Assembly: GCA_041661685.1 (NCBI GenBank)
Contig: JBAZTY010000004.1
Span: 9,359 to 73,358, forward strand
DNA from: Patescibacteria group bacterium
Lineage (GTDB): Bacteria > Patescibacteriota > Patescibacteriia > Patescibacteriales > UBA12465
Direction of reading: 5' to 3'
DNA length: 64,000 nucleotides
Positions 36,594 through 45,084 of the stretch are shown here, piece by piece. How positions within the stretch are numbered: the stretch's first letter is position 1; every line of letters begins with the position of its first letter. The notes under the pieces were generated by a model. It searched no databases. It saw only the letters and a list, made by a program, of their open reading frames with translations, and was not told the DNA's origin. Both the position numbers and the translations under genes were made by a program.

Positions 36594-38219
36594 ATGGGGG
36601 AAGCAATAAAAGACTTGCTCCTGAATCATGCCTCTTCTTTCAAAGATAGAGAAGGTTTGGAAGCTGGGAAAAGAATAATCTGTAAGCAATATAGCTTAGC
36701 AGCCATACCGAACTCCGATATTCTGAAAGAGTATCGTCTTTTGCTGTCTAAAAAAGAAATTTCTCCGATAGAATCCTTAGAAAAGATTCTGCGCAAGCGC
36801 GCTATTCGGACGTTATCAGGGATAGCGCCAGTCGCTGTCCTAACTAAACCATATCCCTGTCCGGGTTCATGCGCTTATTGCCCGCACGAAAAAGACGTTC
36901 CGGCGAGCTACCTATCTAATGAACCGGCCGTGATGCGCGCTATCCGCTGTGATTATGATCCCTATAAGCAGGTCGCCTTGCGCTTGAAAGCGTTAGAAAG
37001 CAACGGGCATGAGCCGACTAAGATTGAATTAATCGTTATCGGCGGAACCTGGAGCTATCTGCCGACGAAATATAAATACTGGTATGTTGTGAATTGTTTT
37101 CGGGCGGCTAATGATTATGAGAAGTTAAAAAAAATGGTCTTCAAGCGGCCGGAAGGAGAAAAGAAATTTGATACCGGTTTAAAAGCGCCATATGCGAAAG
37201 GACTATCTTTAACAGATTTAAAGAAAGCGCTTATCAAGGAACAGGCTAAGAATGAAAAAGCAGAATATCGTTTCATCGGATTAACTCTAGAAACGCGGCC
37301 GGATTATATTGATGAGAAGGAAGTGCGCGAAATGCGAACTTTGGGCGCGACTCGCATTGAAATCGGCGTGCAGGCGGTTGATGATAAGATTCTGAAATTG
37401 AATAAGCGTGGGCATGGCGTCAAAGAGATTGCCGAAGCGACCAAGCTGCTCAAAGAATACGGATTCAAGGTTACGTATCATCTCATGCCGGCTTTGCCGG
37501 GGGCGACGCCGAAAAAAGATTTAGAATTATTCAAGAAATTATTCAGCGACGAGCGCTTCCAGCCCGATCAGATAAAATTTTATCCGACCGTGGTGACAGC
37601 CGGCAGCTTATTATATCGCTGGTATAAACAGGGAAAATATAAGCCTTATTCTGATAAGCAATTGCAGGAATTAATTGTCGATTGCAAAGCCGCTGTCCCG
37701 CCGTATGTCCGCATTATCAGATTAATCCGTGATATTCCGGGCGAGTCAATTATCGCTGGCAATAAGATTACGAATTTGCGCCAGATCATGAAAGACCGGG
37801 GCGTGAAATGCAATTGCATCCGCTGCCGCGAAGCTAAGGAACAAGTGATCGAATTGAATTATAAGATTAGGACTATAAAATATCCGTCTTCGGGCGGAAT
37901 CGAATATTTTATCAGCGCCGAAAGTTTTGATACTCGGACTTTATATGGCTTTTGCCGTTTACGGATAGATAAGAACAGTCCAGTCGCTCCGGCCATCATC
38001 AGAGAGCTCCATGTTTATGGAGTATTAGTTTCTGTCGGCGGCGATAAAAAGGTCCAGCATAGCGGCTTAGGGAAATTATTAATGAAAGAAGCCGAGGGTC
38101 TAGCCGCTAAAGGAGGAGCGGCTAAGATAGCTGTCATTTCGGGGGTTGGGGTTAGGGGATATTATAAAAAACTGGGATATAAGGAGAAAGATAGCTATAT
38201 GGTTAAAAAAATTAGCTAA
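36594..38219 (+). CDS. Elongator Elp3-like radical-SAM/GNAT protein (tRNA U34 carboxymethyl-type modification enzyme homolog)
   Basis: Radical SAM cluster CPGSCAYCP, the Elp3-typical SYLSNEPAVMRA and GHEPTKIELIVIGGTW, and a C-terminal GNAT (QHSGLGKLLMKEAE). Confidence 0.85.
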   Translation: MGEAIKDLLLNHASSFKDREGLEAGKRIICKQYSLAAIPNSDILKEYRLLLSKKEISPIESLEKILRKRAIRTLSGIAPVAVLTKPYPCPGSCAYCPHEKDVPASYLSNEPAVMRAIRCDYDPYKQVALRLKALESNGHEPTKIELIVIGGTWSYLPTKYKYWYVVNCFRAANDYEKLKKMVFKRPEGEKKFDTGLKAPYAKGLSLTDLKKALIKEQAKNEKAEYRFIGLTLETRPDYIDEKEVREMRTLGATRIEIGVQAVDDKILKLNKRGHGVKEIAEATKLLKEYGFKVTYHLMPALPGATPKKDLELFKKLFSDERFQPDQIKFYPTVVTAGSLLYRWYKQGKYKPYSDKQLQELIVDCKAAVPPYVRIIRLIRDIPGESIIAGNKITNLRQIMKDRGVKCNCIRCREAKEQVIELNYKIRTIKYPSSGGIEYFISAESFDTRTLYGFCRLRIDKNSPVAPAIIRELHVYGVLVSVGGDKKVQHSGLGKLLMKEAEGLAAKGGAAKIAVISGVGVRGYYKKLGYKEKDSYMVKKIS

Positions 38220-38295
38220 TATATCACACAAAAATTTTTTGATTTTTTGTTGTAAATATGCTATTATTGTCATGTTATGCTGATTACTAAAAATA

Positions 38296-38390
38296 TTACA
38301 ACCTGGTCTAGCTTTATTGCCCCTTCTATTAAACTCTGATAACCAAGGGGCTGTTTAGTTATTCTAAAGCACCCTTGGGGTGTTTTTTAT
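38296..38390 (+). promoter_or_regulatory. Candidate riboswitch-like leader with competing helices and an intrinsic terminator, upstream of the YhhQ-type transporter
   Basis: GCCCCTT (38319-38325) pairs with AAGGGGC (38345-38351). CCAAGGG (38343-38349) can instead pair with CCCTTGG (38372-38378). Terminator CACCC-TTG-GGGTG plus T6 at 38370-38388. The stretch GGTCTAGCT...CCCCTTCTATTAAACT partly resembles preQ1-I aptamers. Confidence 0.4.
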
Positions 38391-38410
38391 TAACTAAATC
38401 AATCCCTTTT

Positions 38411-39052
38411 ATGTCTTCAGAAAAAATTAATTTTAAGATAGTTATTGCGCTGACCCTGTATCTAGTTTCACTTTTTGCCGCCAATACGTTGGGCTTAAAA
38501 ATAATGCCTTTTATCTTTGGAACGCATTTATCAGTGGCCGTTTTTTTCTTTCCCTTCGTATTTTTAACAACTGATGTTATCGGGCAAGTTTATGGAAAGA
38601 AAATGGCGAAAAATTTTGTGCTGGCCGGGTTTCTCAGCATCTGTCTATTCATGGTTTATTCTCTTATTTCTCTATTCGTTCCCTGGGCTCAGAATGGTCT
38701 GAAGTTTAAGGATAGTTTTAACACGATTTTTGGTATCTCATTAAGAATGTCGCTAGCTTCACTTTTAGCCTATCTGATTGCCGAATATCAAGACGTGGCG
38801 GCCTTTTTCTTCTTTAAGAAAAAATTAAGCAATAAAGCTTTTTGGCTACAGTCCAATCTATCTAATCTCTGGTCTCAGCTTTTAGACACGGCTATTTTTA
38901 TGATGGTGGCTTTCGCGGGCATATATTCCGCCAAAACCATTCTGCTCATCGGGCTTCCTTGGTGGTTATATAAAGTCGGCATGGGGCTCATCTATACGCC
39001 CCTATCTTATTTAGGTATTTATCTTCTAAAATATGAAAATAAAAACATTTAA
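38411..39052 (+). CDS. yhhQ: Queuosine-precursor transporter, YhhQ/DUF165 (VUT) family
   Basis: Polytopic membrane protein with FPFVFLTTDVIGQVYG and SQLLDTAIFMMVAF motifs. I prefer the ATG at 38411, because the track's TTG start at 38375 lies inside the terminator hairpin. Confidence 0.8.
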   Translation: MSSEKINFKIVIALTLYLVSLFAANTLGLKIMPFIFGTHLSVAVFFFPFVFLTTDVIGQVYGKKMAKNFVLAGFLSICLFMVYSLISLFVPWAQNGLKFKDSFNTIFGISLRMSLASLLAYLIAEYQDVAAFFFFKKKLSNKAFWLQSNLSNLWSQLLDTAIFMMVAFAGIYSAKTILLIGLPWWLYKVGMGLIYTPLSYLGIYLLKYENKNI

Positions 39053-39731
39053 AACTTCTATCTTTAAGCCGAACGAAAATTTATTATCTTTCATCTCTGG
39101 GTATCTGCCGCATATTCCTGATAACAGTATTTTGGTAGTGACCTCTAAGATCGTCGCCTTATCTGAAGGGCGATTTATTGCTGACGCGGATGAAACAACC
39201 AAAGAGAGGGTAATTAAGCAAGAAAGTGACATAGTTCTAAAGACTAAATATGTCTGTTTGACGATTAAGGATGGGATGGCCATGGCCAATGCTGGCGTTG
39301 ACGAGAGCAATGGTAATGGTTCAATAATATTATTACCAAAAGATAGTTTTAAAGCGGCGGCCAAGATTAGAAGCTATTTTAAAAAGAAATACCGCCTTAA
39401 TAATTTTGGCGTTATTATTACGGACAGCCGCTGTCTGCCTCTGCGCGCTGGGATTACTGGCGTCGCCTTGGGTTACGCCGGCTTCAGGGGTCTTAAAAAA
39501 TATCAAGGAGCTTTGGATATATTTGGCCGGCCTTTTAAATATTCTCGCGTTGATGTAGCCGACAGTCTGGCGACAGCAGCCGTTCTTTGTATGGGGGAAG
39601 GAAACGAAAGGCAACCGCTCGCGCTCATTAATAACGTCTCTGTGGATTATGTTGAAAGAGTCAATAAAAGTGAGCTAAAAATTGATATAAAAGAAGATAT
39701 GTACGGGCCTTTATTCAGGAAAATTAAATAA
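39033..39731 (+). CDS. CofE-like (F420-0:gamma-glutamyl ligase family, PF01996-type) protein
   Basis: VVTSKIVALSEGR, MANAGVDESNG and ITDSRCLPLRAGITGVALGYAGF match the CofE/FbiB N-terminal domain motifs. Its start overlaps the yhhQ end by 20 nt. Confidence 0.8.
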   Translation: MKIKTFKTSIFKPNENLLSFISGYLPHIPDNSILVVTSKIVALSEGRFIADADETTKERVIKQESDIVLKTKYVCLTIKDGMAMANAGVDESNGNGSIILLPKDSFKAAAKIRSYFKKKYRLNNFGVIITDSRCLPLRAGITGVALGYAGFRGLKKYQGALDIFGRPFKYSRVDVADSLATAAVLCMGEGNERQPLALINNVSVDYVERVNKSELKIDIKEDMYGPLFRKIK

Positions 39732-39790
39732 TATTCTGTTTTTGACAAAAGAGGCTAGCTAAACTAAGATTAAACTATAATAAAAATCAT

Positions 39791-41035
39791 ATGAAATACG
39801 ACCATTTGCAGGGCCAAGACCCGGCTGTCTGGGAAATAATCGAGAAGGAAGAGAGGCGCCAGAACGAAGAAATTGAGCTGATTGCTTCGGAAAATTACGT
39901 TTCTCCAGCCGTGCTCGAAGCTATGGCGACAGTTTTGACCAATAAATATAGCGAGGGCTATGTGGGCCATCGTTATTATGGCGGCAACTTAATCGTCGAC
40001 GAGATTGAGACTTTAGCGATTGAGCGAGCGAAGAAATTATTTGATGCCGAGCACGTTAACGTCCAGCCTTTGTCCGGTTCTCCGGCTAATGCCGCGGTCT
40101 ATATGGCCTTTTTAAATCCAGGCGACAAGGTTTTGGGTTTGAAGCTTGATCATGGCGGCCATCTTTCGCACGGGCATAAGGTTAATTTTTCTGGACGCTT
40201 ATATAATTTCGTTCAATATGGAGTTGACCCGAAAACTGGAGTAATTAATATGGACGAAGTCAGGGAAATCGCTTTGCGCGAACGGCCGAAAATGATTGTC
40301 GCCGGCTTTAGCGCCTATTCCCGAGAAATAGATTGGCAGAAATTTCAGGATATTGCTGATGAGATTGGGGCTTTTACCTTCGCGGATATTGCTCATATTG
40401 CCGGCTTAATCGCCGCTAAGCAGATTAAGAACCCCGTGCCGATATTCGACGTCGTGTCGACGACGACTCACAAGACTTTAAGAGGTCCGCGCGGCGCCAT
40501 GATTATGTGCAAGGAAAAATATGCCAAGCAGGTTAATAGCGCTGTTTTTCCGGGCATGCAGGGCGGTCCTCATGACCATATTACGGCCGCTAAAGCGGTC
40601 GCTTTCGGCGAAGCCCTAAAGCCGGAATTCGCGGAATATGCGAAGCAGATTATTTTAAATGCCCAAGCGATGGCCAAAGAATTTATAGCGCTTGGTTATC
40701 GGATAATTTCCGGAGGGACGGATAATCATCTAATGGTCATTGATTTAACCAGTAAAGGCACGGTCGGCAAAGAAGCGGAGAAAGCGCTAGAGAAAATCGG
40801 AGTTTCCGTGTCGCGTTCGACTATTCCGGATGATCCGAATCCGCCGATGAATCCATCGGGAATCAGAGTCGGAACTCCAGCGGTCACGACCAGAGGCATG
40901 AAGGAAGCGGAGATGAAATTGATCGTCAGTTATATTGATGAAGCCCTGATGAATAAGGAGAATGATGAAAAATTAAATGATCTCAAGGAAAAGGTTAAGG
41001 CCTTATGCGCTAAATTCCCGATTCCTACTAAATAA
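39791..41035 (+). CDS. glyA: Serine hydroxymethyltransferase
   Basis: ELIASENYVSPAVLEA, YYGG, and the PLP lysine region TTTHKTLRGPRG. Confidence 0.95.
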   Translation: MKYDHLQGQDPAVWEIIEKEERRQNEEIELIASENYVSPAVLEAMATVLTNKYSEGYVGHRYYGGNLIVDEIETLAIERAKKLFDAEHVNVQPLSGSPANAAVYMAFLNPGDKVLGLKLDHGGHLSHGHKVNFSGRLYNFVQYGVDPKTGVINMDEVREIALRERPKMIVAGFSAYSREIDWQKFQDIADEIGAFTFADIAHIAGLIAAKQIKNPVPIFDVVSTTTHKTLRGPRGAMIMCKEKYAKQVNSAVFPGMQGGPHDHITAAKAVAFGEALKPEFAEYAKQIILNAQAMAKEFIALGYRIISGGTDNHLMVIDLTSKGTVGKEAEKALEKIGVSVSRSTIPDDPNPPMNPSGIRVGTPAVTTRGMKEAEMKLIVSYIDEALMNKENDEKLNDLKEKVKALCAKFPIPTK

Positions 41036-41038
41036 AAT

Positions 41039-41854
41039 ATGGTTACGCTTATTGATGGCCAGCAAATTGCTGAAAAAGTTAAGGACGAAATAACTAAAGG
41101 AATTTTTGCTCTAAGGGGAGTAAGACCTAATTTAGCTATTGTTTTGGTAGGTGAACGCTCTGATTCTCAGCTCTATGTTTCTTTAAAAGAAAGAGAGGGC
41201 GTAAAAGTCGGAGTCGATACGCATACCTATAGATTGCCGGAAAATATTTCCGAACAGGAATTATTAGACATCATCGGCTTCTTGAATAAGGATGCTTCTA
41301 TCGACGGCATCTTGGTTCAATTGCCTTTGCCGGAAAAGCTAGATACTGATAAAGTGATTGCCGCGATTGATCCGCTCAAGGATGTCGATGGTTTCCACCC
41401 GCTTCATCCGGATTATATAATTTCTCCGGTCTTAGCTTCAATCCTGGCCTGCTTGGAAGATATAAAACTAGCTGTCGCAGGGAAGACGGCTTGCGTCTTG
41501 TATAATTCGGAAGTTTTTGGACAAAGTATCAAGGATATTTTAGAAAAGAAGGGGATGACAGTCAGTCTGAAAAATAATTCCGAACAAGCGGACGTCTTGG
41601 TAACAGCGCTCGGCGAACCGCATAAGATAAAGAAGGGAATGATAAGAGATGGCGCGGTCATCATTGATATTGGCATTACTAAGAAAGATGGTAAGGTCTT
41701 GGGCGATGTCGACTATGAAGACGTGAAAGATAAGGCGGGATATATAACGCCGGTTCCCGGCGGTATCGGCCCGATGACTATTGCCTTCTTATTTAAAAAT
41801 GTTTGGGAAATATTTCAGAGGAAAGACAAGAAAACCGAAAAAGCAGAAGCGTAA
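41039..41854 (+). CDS. folD: Bifunctional methylenetetrahydrofolate dehydrogenase/methenyl-THF cyclohydrolase
   Basis: LAIVLVGERSDSQLYV, DGILVQLPLP and PVPGGIGPMTIA motifs. Confidence 0.93.
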   Translation: MVTLIDGQQIAEKVKDEITKGIFALRGVRPNLAIVLVGERSDSQLYVSLKEREGVKVGVDTHTYRLPENISEQELLDIIGFLNKDASIDGILVQLPLPEKLDTDKVIAAIDPLKDVDGFHPLHPDYIISPVLASILACLEDIKLAVAGKTACVLYNSEVFGQSIKDILEKKGMTVSLKNNSEQADVLVTALGEPHKIKKGMIRDGAVIIDIGITKKDGKVLGDVDYEDVKDKAGYITPVPGGIGPMTIAFLFKNVWEIFQRKDKKTEKAEA

Positions 41855-41908
41855 ATAAAAAAAGACCACTTTTGAGAAAAGCGGTCAGAAAACTTTTTAG
41901 CTGAAGAA

Positions 41909-42157
41909 TTAATCCTCCTCATCTAGAATGGCTAAATTGCTAAAGGATTCTTCAATGTCTTGTTCGACTTGTTTGTTTATCAAAGTTATGGCAACAGCTC
42001 CGAAGAAGACCCCCATGATATAAAAGCAAACTAAGCTGAGGGGATCGATTGGATCGCCGCCAAGGGTTTTTCCGTTGAGAGTCATCTTGGTAGCTATGCT
42101 GGCTAAAACAAGGATCGAAATTGATAATACGCTGAAAAGAACGATTAACTGTTTCAT
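41909..42157 (-). CDS. Small two-helix membrane protein, function unknown
   Basis: Two hydrophobic helices and an acidic C-terminus. Chosen over the overlapping 41952..42224(-) frame because of its helix pattern. Confidence 0.5.
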   Translation of the reverse strand: MKQLIVLFSVLSISILVLASIATKMTLNGKTLGGDPIDPLSLVCFYIMGVFFGAVAITLINKQVEQDIEESFSNLAILDEED

Positions 42158-42245
42158 TTGTCTGATTTATTTGGTATGAGATAATTATATAACATTTATA
42201 TAAAACTGTCAATAGTAAGGGCATAATTTACCTAATATTTGAATA

Positions 42246-44027
42246 ATGGTTGCTAAGAAGAAACAACAGATAAGAGAGCTTTTAAAGATTCATTTCGGCT
42301 ATGAATCTTTTTTGCCTGGGCAGGAAAAGGCCATCGATAATATCCTGGCCGGTCAAGATACGCTCGTCGTCTTGCCAACCGGCGGCGGGAAGTCTTTGAT
42401 ATATCAGTTGCCCGCTTTGGTTTTAGAGGGGGTAACTATCGTTATCTCGCCGCTCATCGCTTTAATGAAGGATCAAGTCGACTCCTTGGAGCGCGTCGGC
42501 ATTCCGGCGACTTTCATTAATTCTTCTATCTCGCCGGATGAAACCGAGAGGCGCTTAGCTAAAATCAGGAACGGCTATTACAAGATCATCTATATCGCTC
42601 CGGAGCGTTTTTATAATCAAGCCTTTCTCACCGAACTCAAGAAAATTAAGGTTTCTTTATTCGCGATTGACGAAGCGCATTGCATCAGCCAATGGGGTCA
42701 TGATTTTCGTCCCAGCTATATGCGCCTTAAAGATGCGATCAAATTCGTGGGTTCACCGACCGTCGTCGCTCTGACAGCGACCGCAACGCCAGAAGTGCGC
42801 GATGACATCATCAAGCAATTAAATATGTCGGACGAAGATACGGTTATTACCGGCTTCGCGCGCCCGAATCTGCAATTTGCAGTTGTGCCGACGGCGAACG
42901 GACAAAAGATGGAGCATATTGTTAATCTTTTAACGACAAATTCAGAAATGGGTTCCGGTATAATTTATGTCGGTACTAGATCTAAAGCGGATGAATTAGT
43001 AGAAGCTCTGACGGAAAATGATATTAAGGCTGTAGTTTATCACGCCGGCATGGATACGAATAGCCGCGATTGGGTTCAAGATCAATTCATGAAAGGCCAG
43101 GCGCAAGTCGTTGTCGCGACGAACGCTTTCGGGTTGGGAATAAATAAGAAAGACATCCGTTTTGTTATCCATCACGACTTGCCGGGAACAGTTGAAGCTT
43201 ATTATCAAGAGGCCGGTCGCGCCGGACGTGATGGTAAGCCGAGTTTCTGCTTATTATTTTATCATCAACAGGATCGCTATCTGCGCGAGTTTTTTATTAA
43301 GGGTGACAATCCCAGCCCAGAAATGATTATTGAAATCTATGATTTTCTGGTGCGCCGCGCCGGTTTAGAAGTAGACGCGCAAGCATCTATCTTGATAACG
43401 TATGCCGAAATTGCTCAGAGTCTATCGGAATCAGTCCCGGAAATGGCCATTGGCACAGCTTTGAAAATATTAGAAAAAGAGGGCTATCTCTCGCGGCCGA
43501 ACGAGAAGACTTCTAACTCATTCTTGAAAGCCAAGAAAGATTGGGCAGAAATCGCCGCTTCTTTAAGCCATCGCGCTAAGAGCCAGTTAGAGATAGTTAA
43601 TAGTTTGGGCTTGAAATATCATGATGAACTTATCGCCGGCTGGGAATTTAATCCCGAAGAAGTGTCCGTCGTTCTGAAAGTGAAAAAGGATTCATTGCTT
43701 CGCGCCGTCAAGAAATTAGCCGAGAAAGACCTGGTCGAATACAAGCCGCCTTTTAGAGGTACGGAAATAAAGATCTTAAAAATCGTCGAGCCGGAAGATA
43801 TTAATCTCGATTTCAAGGCGTTGAAAGCGAAATCCGAGCGAGCCTATGAAAAGCTTAACGAGATGGAAAATTATGTCTATCATCTTGGCTGTCGTCAGGC
43901 TTATATATTAAATTATTTCGGCGATCGGAAATCCGAGCCTTGCGGCCAATGCGACAGCTGTTTGAAATTGAAGAGAAACAAGGATCGGGGCCAGGAAGAT
44001 TATCGCCATAAGACATACTTAGATTAA
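42246..44027 (+). CDS. recQ: RecQ-family ATP-dependent DNA helicase
   Basis: Motif I PTGGGKSL, DEAH box IDEAHCISQWGHDFRPSY, motif VI YQEAGRAGRDG. The Zn-binding CRQAYILNYFGD...CGQCDSC sits at the extreme C-terminus. Confidence 0.9.
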   Translation: MVAKKKQQIRELLKIHFGYESFLPGQEKAIDNILAGQDTLVVLPTGGGKSLIYQLPALVLEGVTIVISPLIALMKDQVDSLERVGIPATFINSSISPDETERRLAKIRNGYYKIIYIAPERFYNQAFLTELKKIKVSLFAIDEAHCISQWGHDFRPSYMRLKDAIKFVGSPTVVALTATATPEVRDDIIKQLNMSDEDTVITGFARPNLQFAVVPTANGQKMEHIVNLLTTNSEMGSGIIYVGTRSKADELVEALTENDIKAVVYHAGMDTNSRDWVQDQFMKGQAQVVVATNAFGLGINKKDIRFVIHHDLPGTVEAYYQEAGRAGRDGKPSFCLLFYHQQDRYLREFFIKGDNPSPEMIIEIYDFLVRRAGLEVDAQASILITYAEIAQSLSESVPEMAIGTALKILEKEGYLSRPNEKTSNSFLKAKKDWAEIAASLSHRAKSQLEIVNSLGLKYHDELIAGWEFNPEEVSVVLKVKKDSLLRAVKKLAEKDLVEYKPPFRGTEIKILKIVEPEDINLDFKALKAKSERAYEKLNEMENYVYHLGCRQAYILNYFGDRKSEPCGQCDSCLKLKRNKDRGQEDYRHKTYLD

Positions 44028-44029
44028 TT

Positions 44030-44719
44030 ATGAATAAGGATCAGGCGGAAAATATTTTAAATCTAGTGAAACGCAATTATAATGAGATTGCCGCTAGCTT
44101 TGATGCGACTAGAAAGAAAGAAATTTGGCCGATCATGCGGGAATTCGCGGCTGACGTGAAAAACGGCGACCATGTTCTTGATGCTGGTTGCGGCAATGGA
44201 CGATTATTAGAAGCTTTAAAAGACAAAAAAATAAAATATTTAGGGATAGACAATAGCGCCGAACTCATTAAATCGGCGCAGCAGAATTACCCTTCTTATG
44301 AATTTAGAGAGGTGGATATTCTTGACCTTAATGACCTGCCGGAAAATGATTTTGATCATATCTTCTGTCTCGCCGTACTGCAGCATATTCCCAGCCAAGA
44401 ATTGCGAGTTAAATTCTTGAAAAACCTGGCCGCCAAACTGAAGCCGGCAGGCAGACTGGTCATCAGTACTTGGAATCTTGGGCGCTTGCCGAAATATCGC
44501 CGGCTGATACTTAAAAATTATTGGTTGAAACTGACTGGCCGCTATCAGCTTGAAGCTCGCGACCTAATTTTTCCCTGGAAGGATTCTTCCGGTCAGAACG
44601 TCAGTGATCGTTATTATCATGCTTTTACGGTCTCGGAAATCAAGCGCCTGAGCACCGCCGCCGGGCTGCAGATCAAGGAACTTAGGCGGGATAAATATAA
44701 TATTTGGGTGCGTTTTTAG
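44030..44719 (+). CDS. Class I SAM-dependent methyltransferase
   Basis: Motif I VLDAGCGNGRLL and post-I/II pattern (IFCLAVLQHI). Confidence 0.85.
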   Translation: MNKDQAENILNLVKRNYNEIAASFDATRKKEIWPIMREFAADVKNGDHVLDAGCGNGRLLEALKDKKIKYLGIDNSAELIKSAQQNYPSYEFREVDILDLNDLPENDFDHIFCLAVLQHIPSQELRVKFLKNLAAKLKPAGRLVISTWNLGRLPKYRRLILKNYWLKLTGRYQLEARDLIFPWKDSSGQNVSDRYYHAFTVSEIKRLSTAAGLQIKELRRDKYNIWVRF

Positions 44720-44748
44720 CCAAATTTCTGGTTTTATCAGGAGGGGTA

Positions 44749-44776
44749 TTGACACCCCCGGGGGGTATGCTATAAT
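44749..44776 (+). promoter_or_regulatory. Sigma70-type promoter (TTGACA-N16-TATAAT) with a GC-tract pseudo-palindromic operator in the spacer
   Basis: TTGACA at 44749-44754 and TATAAT at 44771-44776. The spacer holds ACACCCCCGGGGGGTAT (44752-44768), close to the ATACCCC...GGGGTAT operators bound by CsoR-family repressors. Confidence 0.6.
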
Positions 44777-44806
44777 AAAGTATATAAGTAGAATTCAGGA
44801 GAAATT

Positions 44807-45049
44807 ATGAAAACCCCGGAAGGTAGATTGAACAATATTATTGGGCAGCTCAATGGAGCTAAAAAGATGCTGGCCGATAAGGATCGCGATTGTTTCGCGT
44901 TAGTCATCCAGCTCAAGGCCGCCCGCTCCGCCATTTCTTCGCTGATGGAGAAGCTGGTCGGAGAAGAGTTCGATTATTGCTTATTGAATTCCAAAAAATA
45001 CGGTAAAGACAAGATAGAAAAAATATTCAAAGAAATAATTAATAAATAA
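44807..45049 (+). CDS. CsoR/RcnR/FrmR-family (DUF156) metal- or thiol-sensing transcriptional repressor
   Basis: RLNNIIGQLNGAKKMLADKDRDCFALVIQLKAARSAISSL is the typical DUF156 four-helix-bundle sequence. Candidate ligand positions are C29, E54 and C58. Confidence 0.85.
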   Translation: MKTPEGRLNNIIGQLNGAKKMLADKDRDCFALVIQLKAARSAISSLMEKLVGEEFDYCLLNSKKYGKDKIEKIFKEIINK

Positions 45050-45084
45050 TTAATAAATAATCAAAAGTAACTAAAAACAAAAAT

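Noticed and set aside
38301-38336. Tried to fold the yhhQ leader as a canonical preQ1-I aptamer
   Set aside because: Local sequence resemblance exists. However, the 5-bp P1 stem cannot be drawn (the 5' side is CCTGG against a 3' side of CCCTT) and the A-rich tail is short. I report it only as an unclassified riboswitch-like leader.
38375-38410. TTG start at 38375 given by the ORF track for the YhhQ gene
   Set aside because: That codon lies inside the terminator hairpin/T-run of the leader. The in-frame ATG at 38411 gives a normal YhhQ N-terminus.
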